Source: Clostridiales bacterium (GTDB lineage Bacteria > Bacillota > Clostridia > Peptostreptococcales > Anaerovoracaceae). Taken from it: 64,000 nucleotides of DNA. The translations under genes were made by a program, and so were the position numbers. Where the stretch lies: the NCBI GenBank assembly GCA_022763735.1, contig JALEQY010000065.1, forward strand, positions 5,662 through 69,661, read 5' to 3'. Each line of letters starts with the position of its first letter. Positions within the stretch are counted from its first letter, which is position 1. Under the pieces are notes generated by a model. That model did not search any database, was not told the origin of the DNA, and saw only the letters and a list, made by a program, of their open reading frames with translations. This document shows positions 1-9,893 of this stretch, in pieces.

Positions 1-1327
1 TATTGAGGCCTCCGCTGGATACACCTAAAGCCGCATCGGAAATTTTCTTGTTATCTTCTGTCTGGCCTATGCCTGAATCATAAAAATCACTGACATAATA
101 ATTCTTGTTTATCATATTTTCATTGATGTCATTATGATCATCGATATACCGGCCGACTACACCACCGGTCACGTCAGCTCCTGTAACTCCTTTTGCGGCA
201 TAACAGCTGTGAATGGTGATACCTTTGCAGCCTACAATACCTACTACACCGCCTACCCACGAATTTACAACTTCTTTCTGATTTCCCCTGATCACAATTT
301 CGCCGGTGCTGTAACAGCTTGTGATTGATGCACCTGCAGCATTCGTATATCCGACTACACCGCCGGTAGCTTCCGTATTAGATGTTATTTTGCCTATATT
401 ATATGATTCTGTAACGACTGAGTCTGCAGAAACCGAACGTCCTGCAACACCGCCGGTACCATATGTGGCAACCCCTCGCTGTGTCGAAGTTACATTACCC
501 ATATTGGCACATTGTTCTATTGTGCCTGCCCAGTTCTCTCCTACGACTCCTCCGACCTTATAGGTTCCGTAAACATTTCCCTTGTTTACGGACATCTCGA
601 TTTTACCGCCGTTATTGTATCCTACGATTCCGCCCGTCTTATCCCTGCCTTTAATAATGACTGATGAAGTACAGTTGACAATCCGGCTTTCTTTTTCTAT
701 CTGACCGGCAATTCCCCCTGTATTATCTGATTCAGAGGTGATCTGACCTTCGATATTGAGATTCTTCACCTGTCCTTTGAGATAACCGAAGAAACCTGAA
801 TACTCATAGTTTGGATCGACAACCATTCCACTGATAGTATGATTGTTCCCATCAAAAGTTCCTGCAAAATATGATGCTGAGCCTGAACCGACAGGAGTCC
901 ATTTGCCTGTCAGTTTTATATCATTCATAAGGATGAAAGTAACACCTTCAAAATTCTCAAGTCTTGAAGGTTTCCAGGATTCTGTCTGATTCTCGTTGAC
1001 AAGGCTTGCCAGACCCAGAAGTTGTGCCTCAGTCGTTATTTTATAGGTTTTAGCCGGTTTCTCATAATTAAACCATGTTGTATCTGTGCCTGAAACCAGA
1101 TCCGATTCCGTTCCAGTTCCTGTCGCATCCTGATATAAATCATCTTCTGTATAATCTGAATAAGTCTGATCTCCATCATCGGAGAACCCCTGCTCTTCAG
1201 AAGGAGCTTCGTTGCTGTGTCCGTGATTAAGGAAATCTGCTGCACCGGCTGCATAGGAAACAGGGGTGGATGCAATCGTCCCCATCATAAATACACATGC
1301 TGTCAGTAAAATAGTCGAGCGCTTCAT
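1..1327 (-). CDS. secreted GLUG-motif repeat surface protein, N-terminal part only (C-terminus beyond left edge)
   Basis: It is absent from the ORF track because it has no stop in the window. Hand translation from ATG 1327..1325 gives MKRSTILLTACVFMMGTIASTPVSYAAGAADF (signal-peptide-like). The frame was checked open for 1-120 and 1200-1327 and translated throughout. It contains repeated GG[IV][AV]G blocks (GGIAGQ, GGIVGYNNGG, GGVVGENW, GGVAGRS, GGVVGYTN, GGVVGRY). An AAGGAAG RBS lies inside the 3' end of the upstream recombinase gene. Confidence 0.7.
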   Translation of the reverse strand, partial: MKRSTILLTACVFMMGTIASTPVSYAAGAADFLNHGHSNEAPSEEQGFSDDGDQTYSDYTEDDLYQDATGTGTESDLVSGTDTTWFNYEKPAKTYKITTEAQLLGLASLVNENQTESWKPSRLENFEGVTFILMNDIKLTGKWTPVGSGSASYFAGTFDGNNHTISGMVVDPNYEYSGFFGYLKGQVKNLNIEGQITSESDNTGGIAGQIEKESRIVNCTSSVIIKGRDKTGGIVGYNNGGKIEMSVNKGNVYGTYKVGGVVGENWAGTIEQCANMGNVTSTQRGVATYGTGGVAGRSVSADSVVTESYNIGKITSNTEATGGVVGYTNAAGASITSCYSTGEIVIRGNQKEVVNSWVGGVVGIVGCKGITIHSCYAAKGVTGADVTGGVVGRYIDDHNDINENMINKNYYVSDFYDSGIGQTEDNKKISDAALGVSSGGLN

Positions 1328-1332
1328 TGCCG

Positions 1333-2466
1333 TTACTTCCTTTCTTTTCTTTCTAATTCCCACTCCATATCTCTTACCAGATCCCGTTTAACGTTCATTC
1401 TGTGGTTTGCATACAGCTGCGTTGTAGTTACCTGCTCGTGATCCATGAGAGCCTGTACGTCAAATATTGAATTGCCACGTCCAATCAGGCTTGTCGCAGC
1501 CGTTGCTCTGAGCTTATGAGGGCTGTATCCTGAATCCCTAGATGTCGACATACCTATCGAGGTATACTTTTTAACAAGCTCTCTGATCTGACGTTCAGTC
1601 ATCCGTTTCCCCTGAAGTGAAAGAAAGAGAGCATCTCTGTGGATTTCCTCCAGCTTATCGTCATGTGCACGTTCATTATCTATATAATCAGTCAGAACCT
1701 CTGTAACAGATACATTCAGAGGCATCATAACCTCCTTGTCCCTCTTCCTGTATATCCTGAATTCTCCTCTGCTGAAATTAAATGAGGAAACATTCAGCTG
1801 CTGAAGCTCAAACAATCTCAGACCGTATGTAAGAAACAGCATCAGTATGGCTTTATCTCTCTTCCTGGTTTTTTCCCAGTACTGTCTCTCCTTAGGTGTA
1901 AGGTGACTGCCTGTGGATACAGCGTCCAGCATTATCATGACTTCATCGTCCTGCAGAGCCTTAATCTCACGTTCGCTGGCTTTTGGAACCTTTATCGGAT
2001 CAAACCCGTCCGTAATATTCTTATCAATGAGTTCATCCCTGTAAAGCTGTTTGAACATGACAGACAGTGATGATTTTTTTCTTGCCAGAGTTTTGCTGCC
2101 GTTTTCGTATATCAGAATTTCAGAATCCTTTTCAACGGTATATTTCCTGCAGTAATCGATAAAAACATTAACATCCACTGCTTTAATTCTATTAAATTCC
2201 TCAAGTTTTATGTCAGATATTTCCGAAGCATCCGTCAGATTCGTCTCATCGATCAGATACCGGCAGAAAAACCTGATGTCATTCAGATACGACAGTCTGG
2301 TCATCGGCAGAACATTACCTTTGAGATACGCGAAAAATCCTCTCAGGAATCTAGGAAGCTGGTTCTGTATATCTTCGCATTTAGAAACGATTTCATGCTC
2401 TCTGAGCACTATATTGTCAGGCTTATCGCTTCTGTTATTGATTTTTACAGTTTTGTTGCCAGCCAT
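1333..2466 (-). CDS. tyrosine site-specific recombinase, XerC/XerD-like
   Basis: 377-aa ORF. The C-terminal catalytic region has HKLRATAATSL (HxxR) and MDHEQVTTTQLY (H...Y nucleophile). A GAGGA RBS precedes the ATG. It overlaps the miaA stop by 22 nt. Confidence 0.85.
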   Translation of the reverse strand: MAGNKTVKINNRSDKPDNIVLREHEIVSKCEDIQNQLPRFLRGFFAYLKGNVLPMTRLSYLNDIRFFCRYLIDETNLTDASEISDIKLEEFNRIKAVDVNVFIDYCRKYTVEKDSEILIYENGSKTLARKKSSLSVMFKQLYRDELIDKNITDGFDPIKVPKASEREIKALQDDEVMIMLDAVSTGSHLTPKERQYWEKTRKRDKAILMLFLTYGLRLFELQQLNVSSFNFSRGEFRIYRKRDKEVMMPLNVSVTEVLTDYIDNERAHDDKLEEIHRDALFLSLQGKRMTERQIRELVKKYTSIGMSTSRDSGYSPHKLRATAATSLIGRGNSIFDVQALMDHEQVTTTQLYANHRMNVKRDLVRDMEWELERKERK

Positions 2467-3374
2467 TTCACGATATCCTCTACAGCATCATTATCGCTGT
2501 CATACTCCGAAATATTGTACCAGTTCATTTTATCATATCTTCTGAACCACGTTAACTGTTTTTTAGCATAATGACGTGTATTTTTCTTCACAATCTCCAC
2601 AGCTTCTTCAAGGGTGCATTTTCCCAGGAAATGGTCCATTATTTCCTTATATCCGATACCCTTCATGGAAATATGCTCCGTTGTAAGCCCCATATTCATA
2701 AGGTTTCTGACTTCGTCCGCCAGACCTGCTTCCATAAGGATGTCAACACGCATGTTGATACGGTCATACAGTTCAGCTCTATCTCTGGTAAGACCTATCA
2801 GTATGATTTCATAATCTCTGTCAGCTTCCTTTATCGTGCTGAAGGGTCTGACGCTTCCTTCTCCTTCTCTGAGACGTTCAAGTGCTCTTATTATTTTTTT
2901 TGCATTATTGGGATGTATGCATGCAGCTGCTGCCTGATCCTTCTGTGCCAGAATATCGTGAAGCGCCTGACTGCCTTCCTTCTCAGCCAGTTCTGCAAGC
3001 TGGTTTCTGTAGGAAAAATCCTGCGGAACTGCTGAAAAATCCATATCATACAGGAGAGAATTCAGATACAGACCTGTACCTCCGGAAATGACAGGTATTT
3101 TACCTGCAGCGAAAATCTCATCTATTGTGCCGGTAGCCAGTTTCTGATACCGGGCCACCGAAAAATCCTCCCGGGGATCGAGAAAATCTACCAGATGGTG
3201 TTTCACCTGGGCCATTTCCTCAGGAGTAGGTTTGGCACTTCCTATATTCATATATTTATAAAGCTGCATGGAATCGCACGACACAATTTCTCCATCAAAG
3301 CTCCTGGCGATCTCTATGGCAAACTTTGTCTTTCCCACAGCCGTAGGTCCTGCTACTGCAATTGCTTTTTTCAT
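2445..3374 (-). CDS. miaA: tRNA dimethylallyltransferase
   Basis: 309 aa with a P-loop (GPTAVGKT) and the SCDSMQLYKYMNIGSAKP motif. It sits directly after mutL. Confidence 0.95.
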   Translation of the reverse strand: MKKAIAVAGPTAVGKTKFAIEIARSFDGEIVSCDSMQLYKYMNIGSAKPTPEEMAQVKHHLVDFLDPREDFSVARYQKLATGTIDEIFAAGKIPVISGGTGLYLNSLLYDMDFSAVPQDFSYRNQLAELAEKEGSQALHDILAQKDQAAAACIHPNNAKKIIRALERLREGEGSVRPFSTIKEADRDYEIILIGLTRDRAELYDRINMRVDILMEAGLADEVRNLMNMGLTTEHISMKGIGYKEIMDHFLGKCTLEEAVEIVKKNTRHYAKKQLTWFRRYDKMNWYNISEYDSDNDAVEDIVKWLATKL

Positions 3375-3389
3375 TGTATATGCCTTTTT

Positions 3390-5222
3390 TTAAACGCGCT
3401 TGAACATTTTTTCTATTTCATATCTTGTCATTCTCACGAAGGTAGGTCTGCCGTGAGGACACGAAAAAGGATTTATGCATGCCGCCAGATCCTTCATCAG
3501 AGCATCGATTTCTCTTCTGTCCAGAATATCCCCGCCTTTGACTGCACTTTTGCATGATCTGGTGATTATTCTGCTGACTGCTCTCTCGTCTGTAAAATCC
3601 GGTCTTCCTTCTGCTTCTGTAAAAAAATCCCTCAGAAACCCTTCTGCTTCAGACATATCCATAAAAGCAGGGATTTCTCTTATTCTGTATGTATTATTGC
3701 CGAAAAATTCAAGATAGTAACCCATGTTCACCAGCTGTCCCATCCATTCATCCTCAGTTGCTGTCACATCTGCCGGCACACCTAGATTAAGCGGCACCAG
3801 CAGCTGCTGACTGTTCTTCTCTCCGGTATTGTACTGGTTCAGCAGCTTTTCAAAAAATATTCTTTCATGGGCTGCATGCTGGTCGATCAGATAAAATGTA
3901 TCGCTGTCTGAAGCCAGAATGTATGTGTCAAAAACTGTACCGATCACTTTCAGTCCGTTAATATCAAATGGATTTTGCGACGGCCTGTCTAACTCGATTC
4001 TCATGACAGGCAGAACGGTATCAGTCGTACTGCTTTTATCAGTTTCCGGTTCATCTGGTTCCGGAGCTATTTCTGTCTCAGTATCCCGTTCACGCCTTAA
4101 TGTTGTCAATATGTTTTTTATGTCAACCTGTTCACTGTCCGATGCAAAAGGTATTTTTTCCTTCACCTGAGGTGGTTTTTCCGGGGCGGTATCATATTGC
4201 TTCCTTCTGATGTCCTCACTCCTTATCTGAGGAAGCGCTTCTTTCTGGGTGATAACATCTCTGACACTCCGTTTCACGAAATCCTCCACCTCAAAGCTGT
4301 CATCAAAACGTATTTCCTTCTTTGTAGGATGTATGTTCACATCAAGCTTCTCAGGCGGTATGGCAAGAAAAAGGAACGCTGCCGGAAACCTGCCGTGAAA
4401 CAGCTTTTCTCTGTAGGCTTCATCAAGTGCTCTTTCCATGACCTTGCTGGATATTACTCTGCCGTTGACACAGAAAACCTGTCTGCTTCTGGATGCCAGA
4501 GATGCTGCCGGGGATGATACGAAGCCCTTGAGAACAAATCCCCCTGCACTCCCTTCGACAGGCAGAAGGTCACGCCCTGTATCACTGCCGTAAATGCTGA
4601 TAATGCTGTCCAGTATCCGACCTTTACCTTTAGTCGAAAATACAACCTTTGAACCGTTTATCAGCGTAATTTTAACATCTCCGTATGAAAGAGCTATCCT
4701 TGAAACCATATCGACTATCCTTCTGGTTTCGGCGCTGTCGGATGCGAGAAATTTATGTCGGGCAGGGACATTATAAAACAGATCACGTACAGTTACCGTA
4801 GTTCCCTCAGGACATCCCACAGCTGTGTTTTCAATGGTACTGCTGCCTTCGACAACTACTTTCCGTCCTGCTTTGGAATCGTAGGTCTTTGTCACAAGCT
4901 CGACTCTGGCTACGGCACATATGCTGGCCAGAGCCTCACCTCTGAAACCCAGAGTTCTGATAGCATCAAGATCACGTTCCGATGTTATTTTGCTGGTGGC
5001 ATGGCGCATGAAAGCAAGCTCTGCTTCATCAGCCGGAATGCCGCACCCATTGTCTGTGACACGTATATAGCTTTTGCCGCCATTCCTGATTTCTACAGTA
5101 ATGGCCGTTGCTGCTGCATCAATGGAATTTTCCAGCAGCTCTTTGATTATTGAAACAGGTCTGTCAATGACTTCTCCGGCAGCTATTTTATCAGCTACAC
5201 TTTTTTCAAGTATCTTTATCAT
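3390..5222 (-). CDS. mutL: DNA mismatch repair protein MutL
   Basis: 610 aa. The N-terminal GHKL ATPase motifs are IAAGEVIDRP, ELLENSIDA and DNGCGI. The C-terminal FSCPHGRP matches the endonuclease-type MutL. There is a 4-nt ATGA overlap with mutS. Confidence 0.97.
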   Translation of the reverse strand: MIKILEKSVADKIAAGEVIDRPVSIIKELLENSIDAAATAITVEIRNGGKSYIRVTDNGCGIPADEAELAFMRHATSKITSERDLDAIRTLGFRGEALASICAVARVELVTKTYDSKAGRKVVVEGSSTIENTAVGCPEGTTVTVRDLFYNVPARHKFLASDSAETRRIVDMVSRIALSYGDVKITLINGSKVVFSTKGKGRILDSIISIYGSDTGRDLLPVEGSAGGFVLKGFVSSPAASLASRSRQVFCVNGRVISSKVMERALDEAYREKLFHGRFPAAFLFLAIPPEKLDVNIHPTKKEIRFDDSFEVEDFVKRSVRDVITQKEALPQIRSEDIRRKQYDTAPEKPPQVKEKIPFASDSEQVDIKNILTTLRRERDTETEIAPEPDEPETDKSSTTDTVLPVMRIELDRPSQNPFDINGLKVIGTVFDTYILASDSDTFYLIDQHAAHERIFFEKLLNQYNTGEKNSQQLLVPLNLGVPADVTATEDEWMGQLVNMGYYLEFFGNNTYRIREIPAFMDMSEAEGFLRDFFTEAEGRPDFTDERAVSRIITRSCKSAVKGGDILDRREIDALMKDLAACINPFSCPHGRPTFVRMTRYEIEKMFKRV

Positions 5223-7843
5223 AACAGTTCCTTAAGCTCCTCCAGTATTCTCAAAGCCTGCGACGGGGTGGTATCCATAAGATCAAGGTTCCTAAGCTTG
5301 GTAATCACCGGATCAGGAGCCAGCTCAAAAAACGAAAGCTGATGCTCCTCCTCTGATGCTGAATTATAATCTGTATCTTCAGGCCTGATTCCTGTAACCA
5401 CCTGATTCTGAGCACCTGCCTCCAGATCTCTCAGATGTTCTTCAGCTCTCTCAAGAAGTTCATAAGGTGCCCCTGCAAGCTTGGCAACATGTATCCCGTA
5501 GCTTCTGCTGGCACTTCCCCGCGCGATTTTATGCAGAAACACCACATCTCCATTTTCTTCTGCTACATCGACATTGAGGTTTTTTATTCCTTCCGTCGTA
5601 TCCTCCAGAGAAGTCATCTCGTGGTAATGGGTTGCGAATAAGGTTCTTATTCTGCGGTCCGGATCCGACAGATATTCCGCCGCCGCCCAGGCAATCGAAA
5701 GGCCGTCATAGGTACTTGTACCTCTGCCGATTTCATCAAGTATCACAAGACTTCTTCCGGTAGCTGTATTCAGAATATATGCCAGCTCGCTCATTTCAAC
5801 AAAAAATGTGCTCTGCCCCTGGGCCAGATTGTCTGATGCACCTATTCTGGTAAATATTCTGTCACAGATACCTATTTTTGCATTCTCACATGGTACAAAA
5901 CAGCCTGCCTGCGCCATCAGAACAATTAAAGCAGTCTGGCGCATATAAGTCGACTTTCCGGACATATTCGGCCCTGTAATAAGCAGCATACTTTCATCAC
6001 GTTTATTCAGATATGTATCATTGCTTACAAATATCCCGTCTCTTATAGTGCGTTCTATCACAGGGTGACGTCCTTTTTGTATCATTATCTCATCGCCGTC
6101 ATCAACTTCAGGTTTGATATAATTGTTTTTTTCACTTACCTCGGCAAATGCTGCCAGCACATCCAGAGAAGCAACCGCCTTGGAGGTTTCCTGTATCACA
6201 CTGGTATATTCCTGCAGCGTCTCTCTGATCTGTATAAAAAGCTCATACTCCATCTGGTTGATTTTCGCCTCTGCATTGAGAACAAGTCGTTCAGTCTCTT
6301 TGAGCTCCGGAGTTATGAATCTTTCGCAGTTTGCCAGAGTCTGTTTTCGTATATAATTATCGGGAATAAGCTCATAGTAGGATCTGGTGACTTCAAGGTA
6401 ATATCCGAAGACCTTGTTGAAACCTACCTTGAGGTTTTTTATTCCGGTACGTTCTCTTTCGGTTGTTTCAAGACCAGCTATCCACTCCTGCGCATCCTTG
6501 ATGGAATTCTTCAGCTCGTCCAGTTCCTGTGAATATCCTGCTTTGATAATTCCCCCTTCTTTTATCGTAAAAGGAGCGTCATCTACAATGCTTGCGGAGA
6601 TCAGGTCGAATACTTCATTTAAAGGATGTATCTGTCCGTTCAGTGTGTCGAGCAGAACAGCCGATGTATCCGACAGCTCGGTCTTTATTTCAGGAATCAC
6701 AAAGCAGGATGATTTCAGTGCAATAAGATCTTTGCCGTTGGCGGATCCGCAGGCTATTCTTCCTGTAAGCCGTTCAAAATCATATACTCTGCTCAGATGT
6801 TCCCTTATATTGTTTCTCTTCAGAATATCATCAGCCAGAACATCGACAGCATCAAGCCGGGCTCTGATCATTGCAACATTATTCAGCGGCTCCTTCAGCC
6901 ACTGCTTCATTTTTCTCGATCCCATGGCTGTACGTGTCTTATCAAGCACACCCAGCAGCGAGCCCTGGAGTTTCTTTTCAAAAAGTGTTTCAGTCAGTTC
7001 CAGATTTTTTATTGTAGATTTGTCCAGAGACATATGCTGTCCCATGGAATATGTATTCAGAGCCGCAATATGGCTCAGGCTGTTTTTCTGCGTCTCATGC
7101 AGATATATAAGCAGAGAGCCCAGGGCAGTTTCTGCCGCAGAGCCTTCTTCGACACCGAGACCTAAAAGTGCAGTGACATTGAACTGCCTCTTTATGGAAT
7201 TTTGCACAGCATCAGCTTTGTAATATTCATCGCCGAGCAAATTAAAATAAGCCTCTGTGACAGGCTTTATCTTATCTGTATCAATCGCTTCAGCAGTATT
7301 GCCGTCAAGAATAATCTCTCTGGCTTCTATCTTGACAAGTTCGTTTACGAGATCCTCAAGTCTGCTGCTCCCGCTGATGGAAGTAACATTTATCTCACCT
7401 GTTGAAACATCGCAGTATGACAGACCGATGGTACTTTTATCCATGAAAACTGAAGCAATATAATTATTCTCTTTTTCATTAAGCATAGCACTGCTAAGCA
7501 CAGTGCCGGGAGTCACTATCTGAATGACTTCCCGTTTCACAATACCTTTAGCCGTGGCAGGATCCTCCGTCTGTTCGCAGATTGCCACTTTGTGCCCTTT
7601 ATTAATGAGTCTGGCTATGTAAGTTTCAGCGGAATGAAAAGGAACACCGCACATCGGTGCCCTTTCCTCCATTCCGCAGTTTTTTCCTGTTAACGTAAGT
7701 TCCAGTTCACGGGAGACAAGTATGGCATCATCAAAAAACATTTCATAAAAATCTCCAAGCCTGAAAAACAGGATACAGTCCTGATATTCCGATTTTATTT
7801 CCATGTATTGTGTCATCATTGGTGATAGCCTGGATGCTGCCAT
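5219..7843 (-). CDS. mutS: DNA mismatch repair protein MutS
   Basis: 874 aa with an N-terminal SPMMTQY...FFRLGDFYE mismatch-binding motif, a Walker A (GPNMSGKST) and the DEIGRGTSTYDG motif. Confidence 0.97.
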   Translation of the reverse strand: MAASRLSPMMTQYMEIKSEYQDCILFFRLGDFYEMFFDDAILVSRELELTLTGKNCGMEERAPMCGVPFHSAETYIARLINKGHKVAICEQTEDPATAKGIVKREVIQIVTPGTVLSSAMLNEKENNYIASVFMDKSTIGLSYCDVSTGEINVTSISGSSRLEDLVNELVKIEAREIILDGNTAEAIDTDKIKPVTEAYFNLLGDEYYKADAVQNSIKRQFNVTALLGLGVEEGSAAETALGSLLIYLHETQKNSLSHIAALNTYSMGQHMSLDKSTIKNLELTETLFEKKLQGSLLGVLDKTRTAMGSRKMKQWLKEPLNNVAMIRARLDAVDVLADDILKRNNIREHLSRVYDFERLTGRIACGSANGKDLIALKSSCFVIPEIKTELSDTSAVLLDTLNGQIHPLNEVFDLISASIVDDAPFTIKEGGIIKAGYSQELDELKNSIKDAQEWIAGLETTERERTGIKNLKVGFNKVFGYYLEVTRSYYELIPDNYIRKQTLANCERFITPELKETERLVLNAEAKINQMEYELFIQIRETLQEYTSVIQETSKAVASLDVLAAFAEVSEKNNYIKPEVDDGDEIMIQKGRHPVIERTIRDGIFVSNDTYLNKRDESMLLITGPNMSGKSTYMRQTALIVLMAQAGCFVPCENAKIGICDRIFTRIGASDNLAQGQSTFFVEMSELAYILNTATGRSLVILDEIGRGTSTYDGLSIAWAAAEYLSDPDRRIRTLFATHYHEMTSLEDTTEGIKNLNVDVAEENGDVVFLHKIARGSASRSYGIHVAKLAGAPYELLERAEEHLRDLEAGAQNQVVTGIRPEDTDYNSASEEEHQLSFFELAPDPVITKLRNLDLMDTTPSQALRILEELKELL

Positions 7844-7869
7844 TATTCCTCTACCTTTCGTTTTCTTTT

Positions 7870-9069
7870 CTATTTTGCTTTTCTGGCGTTGTAGCTTTCC
7901 ATTCCCAGTCTGATAAGCTCAACAGCACGTCTCATATCCTCTTTCTTAAGCACATAAGCCATACGCATTTCATCGCTTCCCAGACCTTTTGTTCCGTAGA
8001 AGCCTTCTGCAGGTGTAAACATCGCTGTTTCACCATTATCTTCAAATTCAGTAAGCATATAAAGCAGGAAGTCTTCGATATCATCTACGGGAAGCTTGGC
8101 AGTCATATAAAATGCCCCGCCAGGTTTCTGGCAGATAACTCCCGGAATTTTCATAAGTTCCTCGTAAACCACGTCTCTTCTTGCTTCATATTCTGCTTTA
8201 ACTTCATCATAATATGATTTATCAAGATTATAAAGCGCTGCTGCACCTATCTGATCAAGTGTAGGACAGCATAATCTGCCCTGCGCGATCTTCATTATTC
8301 CGTCCATAAGACCTGCATTCCTGCTGACGATGCATCCTATTCTCGCTCCGCAGGCAGAGAATCTCTTTGAAACAGAGTCAACAATGATCACTCTGTCCTG
8401 AAGCTCAGGCAGCATGCCGAAAGAGGTGACAGGCCTGTTGTCGTAAGCGAATTCTCTGTACACTTCATCGGCTATTATCCACAGGTCATGTTTGATGGCA
8501 ATTTCACCTATGAGCTTCATATCTGCTAGAGTAAGAACCCTTCCTGTAGGATTGCCCGGACTGATACAGCATATTGCTTTTGTTCTGTCTGTTATTGCTG
8601 ACTCGATCAGGTCTTTCTTGGCGAAATCATAACCGTCTTCAGCTTTTGTCGTGAGAGGCACCACCTTGCCTCCTGACGCAGTGACAAAGGTATGATAGTT
8701 GGTGTAGAACGGCTCTGCAATAAGAACTTCATCTCCCGGATTGAGTATAGAGGTGAATATCATATTCAGGGCTTCTGATCCTCCGCTGGTTATGATAATG
8801 TCCTTTCTTTCAAAATCCATGTCATACTGACGGAAGTACTTTGATATAGCATCCTGCAGAACTGTTTCACCGCCTGATTCGGAATATGCCACCACTTTCT
8901 TGTCAAACTGACGGATGGCTTCCATGAAGCATGGCGGAGTTTCAATGTCCGGCTGACCGATATTCAGATGATAAACCTTTTTGCCCTTTTTCTCGGCTTC
9001 GATAGCATAAACATTGAATCTTCTGATCGGGGAATGCTGCATTGAGTTGACTCTGTCTGATAACTGCAT
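7870..9069 (-). CDS. class I/II pyridoxal-phosphate aminotransferase (aspartate/aromatic type)
   Basis: The ORF track gives 7870..9090. AAAGGAGAAAG sits directly before the internal ATG at 9069 (MQLSDRVNSMQHSPIRRF), which favours that start. The SVSKRFSACGARIG motif provides the PLP lysine. Confidence 0.9.
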   Translation of the reverse strand: MQLSDRVNSMQHSPIRRFNVYAIEAEKKGKKVYHLNIGQPDIETPPCFMEAIRQFDKKVVAYSESGGETVLQDAISKYFRQYDMDFERKDIIITSGGSEALNMIFTSILNPGDEVLIAEPFYTNYHTFVTASGGKVVPLTTKAEDGYDFAKKDLIESAITDRTKAICCISPGNPTGRVLTLADMKLIGEIAIKHDLWIIADEVYREFAYDNRPVTSFGMLPELQDRVIIVDSVSKRFSACGARIGCIVSRNAGLMDGIMKIAQGRLCCPTLDQIGAAALYNLDKSYYDEVKAEYEARRDVVYEELMKIPGVICQKPGGAFYMTAKLPVDDIEDFLLYMLTEFEDNGETAMFTPAEGFYGTKGLGSDEMRMAYVLKKEDMRRAVELIRLGMESYNARKAK

Positions 9070-9101
9070 CTTTCTTTCTCCTTTACTCATTAAATCATTT
9101 T

Positions 9102-9893
9102 TTATACTAACTCCTCGTGGGAGCTTCTGACCGTTCCCTCTATATTTATCTCTGTATCTGACGGCAGTTTCCTGAGAAACATCAGATACTCTATATTACC
9201 CTTTGTGCCGGTCACCGGTGAATACGTCAGACCATGACAGTACAGCCCGTTGTCTGCCGCATATCCTGCAACGTTTTCAATGACTTCTCTGTGCACTGCC
9301 GGGTCACGGACGATACCTTTCTTGCCCACCTGGCTCCTGCCTGCTTCAAACTGAGGTTTGACAAGGCATACAAGACTTCCGGTTTCCGCAAGCAGCTGAG
9401 CTGCAACAGGGAATACCAGCTTAAGGGATATGAATGAGACATCTATGCTGATAAAGTCGATATCCTTATCAACAGTATCCATATCCAGATATCTTATATT
9501 GACCTTCTCCATATTGACAACACGGGGATCATTTCTTAGCTTCCAGTCAAGCTGGCCATATCCTACATCTATTGCGAAAACCTTACGGGCGCCCTTCTGA
9601 AGCATACAGTCCGTGAATCCGCCTGTGGAAGCACCGATATCAACGGCCACCGCACCATCTAGAGTGAAATGAAACAGTTCAAGTGCCTTTTCAAGCTTGA
9701 GACCCCCTCTGCTGACATAGGGACAGAGAGCTTCTCTGACTGTTATTTCCGCATTATCATCTACAGGTGTGCCTGGTTTATCAATCCTCTGACCATCAAC
9801 ATATACAAGTCCCGCCATTATTGATGCCTTGGCCTTCTCTCTTGACGGGAACATGTTTTTTTCTGTCAGCATCACATCAAGCCTGTTTTTCAA
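9102..9893 (-). CDS. tlyA: TlyA-family rRNA 2'-O-methyltransferase (hemolysin A-like)
   Basis: 263 aa with an N-terminal S4 domain (RLDVMLTEKNMFPSREKA) followed by the FtsJ-type SAM motif DIGASTGGFTD. Confidence 0.9.
   Translation of the reverse strand: MKNRLDVMLTEKNMFPSREKAKASIMAGLVYVDGQRIDKPGTPVDDNAEITVREALCPYVSRGGLKLEKALELFHFTLDGAVAVDIGASTGGFTDCMLQKGARKVFAIDVGYGQLDWKLRNDPRVVNMEKVNIRYLDMDTVDKDIDFISIDVSFISLKLVFPVAAQLLAETGSLVCLVKPQFEAGRSQVGKKGIVRDPAVHREVIENVAGYAADNGLYCHGLTYSPVTGTKGNIEYLMFLRKLPSDTEINIEGTVRSSHEELV

Noticed and set aside
1333-2466. A prophage or integrative element anchored by the tyrosine recombinase.
   Set aside because: There are no phage, conjugation or excisionase genes and no visible att-like repeats. 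The flanks are core genes (miaA) and a surface protein. The evidence is insufficient for a mobile_element call.
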